Shown here in pieces: positions 62,695-64,000 of a stretch of DNA of 64,000 bases; the first letter of the stretch is position 1, and the number at the start of each line of letters is the position of its first letter. A program made the translations under genes and the position numbers. The notes under the pieces are model-generated. The model searched no databases. It was not told the origin of the DNA and saw only the letters and a list, made by a program, of their open reading frames with translations. Source of the DNA: Bacilli bacterium (GTDB lineage Bacteria > Bacillota_I > Bacilli_A > RFN20 > CAG-826); contig JAKSUL010000004.1 in assembly GCA_024409055.1 (NCBI GenBank), forward strand, positions 4,010-68,009, given 5' to 3'.

Positions 62695-64000
62695 ATGAAA
62701 AAGAGAACAAAGATATTCGCCGCTCTTGCTGCATTGTGCCTTGCTTTTTCTAGCGGTGCCGTCGCTTCCTTCTTTGGGAGCGTCGTCGATGCGGTGGAAG
62801 CCGCTGTTGTAACTACTCCTGACGGTGCGGCCATCAATAGCGTTTGGAGCGGGCTAGATACAGGAAAATACGGAGCTCAGTTTGCGACTGAATTAAGAAA
62901 CAAAATGGCAAGCGTCAAAACAAAGAGCAGTTCCTACGATGACCTTAAAACCATCCTCTGTAGTTCCGATTTGGATCCGGCCGGTTCCGGAAAGATGCTT
63001 GGCTTCTACGATGCTACAAAACTCAATGCCGTTTGGGATAGCGCCGCTACGTGGAATAGAGAACACGTGTGGCCCGATTCTCGTGGCGTTGGCAAATCTG
63101 GACCTGGTTCAGATCCCCATATGATTCGTCCTGCCTCCGTAAAAATAAATTCGTCCCGTGGCAACTCTATGTACGGAGAATCCGGTAGCACCTATGATGC
63201 CGGGCAATATGTCGAATATTACCGTGGTATCGCCGCAAGGATCATTTTCTACACAGCGACATATTATGGAAAGGCTAGTGGTGGAGGATCTCTTTTCCTC
63301 ACCAACGAAACCAGCGTGGTCACAAACGCTATGGGAAGGATCAGCGATCTTCTCAAATGGAATGCTAAATACCCGGTTCAGCCATCCGAAATCGTGAGAA
63401 ACGAATACCTCTACGCTAACGGATATGGTCGCAATCCTTTTATCGATAATCCAGAATTCGCCTCATATATTTGGACTGTTGATTCGTCAAAAGGCGGTAA
63501 CAATTCAAATAACTACGTGAGAACTACGGCGTATACCGGAGACGAATATACGTATGAATCGGCTTCTTCCTCGTTCTCATATAGTGTCTCTCCCTCAACG
63601 TCGAAATCCACTTCGACTTCGAGCGGATCCACGTCTTCTCAAACTTCTATCAGTTCCGAAACCTCTGCCTCTTCCTCGACGTCAGGGAATGTGATTATCA
63701 CTCCCGATACTGTCAATATGCCTACCTCGTATCCGACCACTGATACTCAGTATTCTTTAGAAGGTTTGAACTTGACGTTAAATAACGTGGGCCGCTTCCT
63801 CTACAACAATGTTCCATACATTCAGATGAAGAAGAGCGGAAGTTATCTTTATAACAAGTCCGCCTTATCGGAAATCTCCCAGATAAAAATTACGTTAAAC
63901 AGCGGGACGATCCCGACTGTTACTTATGGTAATACCTCTTCTTTAGGGAATACCGCAACTCCGTCACAAAGTGGATCTGTCTATTCATTTAATTTAAATG
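62695..64000 (+). CDS. extracellular endonuclease I family nuclease, 5' partial (runs off the window end; absent from the supplied ORF track)
   Basis: I translated the frame from the ATG at 62695 by hand; it stays open to 64000. It begins MKKRTKIFAALAALCLAFSSGAVAS... and contains NREHVWPDSRG, DPHMIRPASVKINSSRGNSMY, AARIIFYTATYY and RNPFIDNPEFA, followed by a Ser/Thr-rich linker. Confidence 0.8.
   Translation, partial: MKKRTKIFAALAALCLAFSSGAVASFFGSVVDAVEAAVVTTPDGAAINSVWSGLDTGKYGAQFATELRNKMASVKTKSSSYDDLKTILCSSDLDPAGSGKMLGFYDATKLNAVWDSAATWNREHVWPDSRGVGKSGPGSDPHMIRPASVKINSSRGNSMYGESGSTYDAGQYVEYYRGIAARIIFYTATYYGKASGGGSLFLTNETSVVTNAMGRISDLLKWNAKYPVQPSEIVRNEYLYANGYGRNPFIDNPEFASYIWTVDSSKGGNNSNNYVRTTAYTGDEYTYESASSSFSYSVSPSTSKSTSTSSGSTSSQTSISSETSASSSTSGNVIITPDTVNMPTSYPTTDTQYSLEGLNLTLNNVGRFLYNNVPYIQMKKSGSYLYNKSALSEISQIKITLNSGTIPTVTYGNTSSLGNTATPSQSGSVYSFNLN

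Noticed and set aside
1-64000. Alternative genetic code (UGA=Trp, Mollicutes code 4)
   Set aside because: TGA terminates well-defined genes at the expected protein lengths (rnfC at 16652-16654, rnfA at 19824-19826, apbE at 21476-21478). No recognised gene needs read-through of TGA.
1-64000. Mobile elements, prophage, tRNA/rRNA genes, toxin-antitoxin pairs or known defence systems
   Set aside because: I recognised no transposase, integrase, recombinase, phage structural, restriction-modification or Cas-like translations in any frame, and no tRNA-like cloverleaf in intergenic gaps. The only hint of foreign DNA is the visibly AT-rich Fic islet (about 3580-4900).

Overview
This 64-kb chromosomal window uses the standard genetic code: TGA acts as a stop (for example rnfC and rnfA) and the long ORFs are intact. 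I found no rRNA, tRNA, CRISPR array, transposase or integrase. All family calls come from motifs I recognised by eye in the translations; no database search was possible.

Content in order:
1. An FAD oxidoreductase, then a P-II-like small protein coupled to a cation:proton antiporter.
2. A visibly AT-rich islet carrying a Fic/Doc-like gene behind two perfect 32-bp direct repeats.
3. DUF4250 plus a COG0523 GTPase, gpmI, and a lipoprotein.
4. A trimeric HydABC-type [FeFe] hydrogenase operon.
5. A Crp/Fnr-type regulator with a consensus TGTGA-N6-TCACA palindrome at its start, and a substrate-binding protein plus permease pair.
6. An rnfCDGEA-x-B operon with an extra Cys-rich mini-ORF and a minimal RnfB, followed by apbE, a NusG-II-like gene and a Gx-transporter-like gene.
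7. A locus of about 23 kb resembling a polysaccharide-utilisation locus (PUL). It holds a GH2, a GH63/GDE-like hydrolase, a sugar ABC transporter, a truncated MsmX-like ATPase and several large lipoproteins and surface proteins.
8. An amino-sugar catabolic cluster of about 11 kb: nagA, a TIM-barrel::NagB-like fusion, four Gfo/Idh/MocA genes across the two loci, three SGNH esterases, DUF4127 and an AGE epimerase.
9. A small protein made of 16-aa tandem repeats, and a DUF1295 membrane protein.
10. Three tandem endonuclease-I genes. The third runs off the window and is absent from the supplied ORF track.

The most interesting observation is a shared C-terminal tail on three otherwise unrelated secreted proteins: G-x-G-C-G-G, then a hydrophobic helix, then a K/R cluster. 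It has the architecture of a protein-sorting signal.

Eight N-terminal lipoboxes, no LPXTG motif, tandem surface nucleases, and Rnf plus a bifurcating-type hydrogenase suggest an anaerobic, lipoprotein-rich Bacillota/Mycoplasmatota-type host. That host assignment is inference only.
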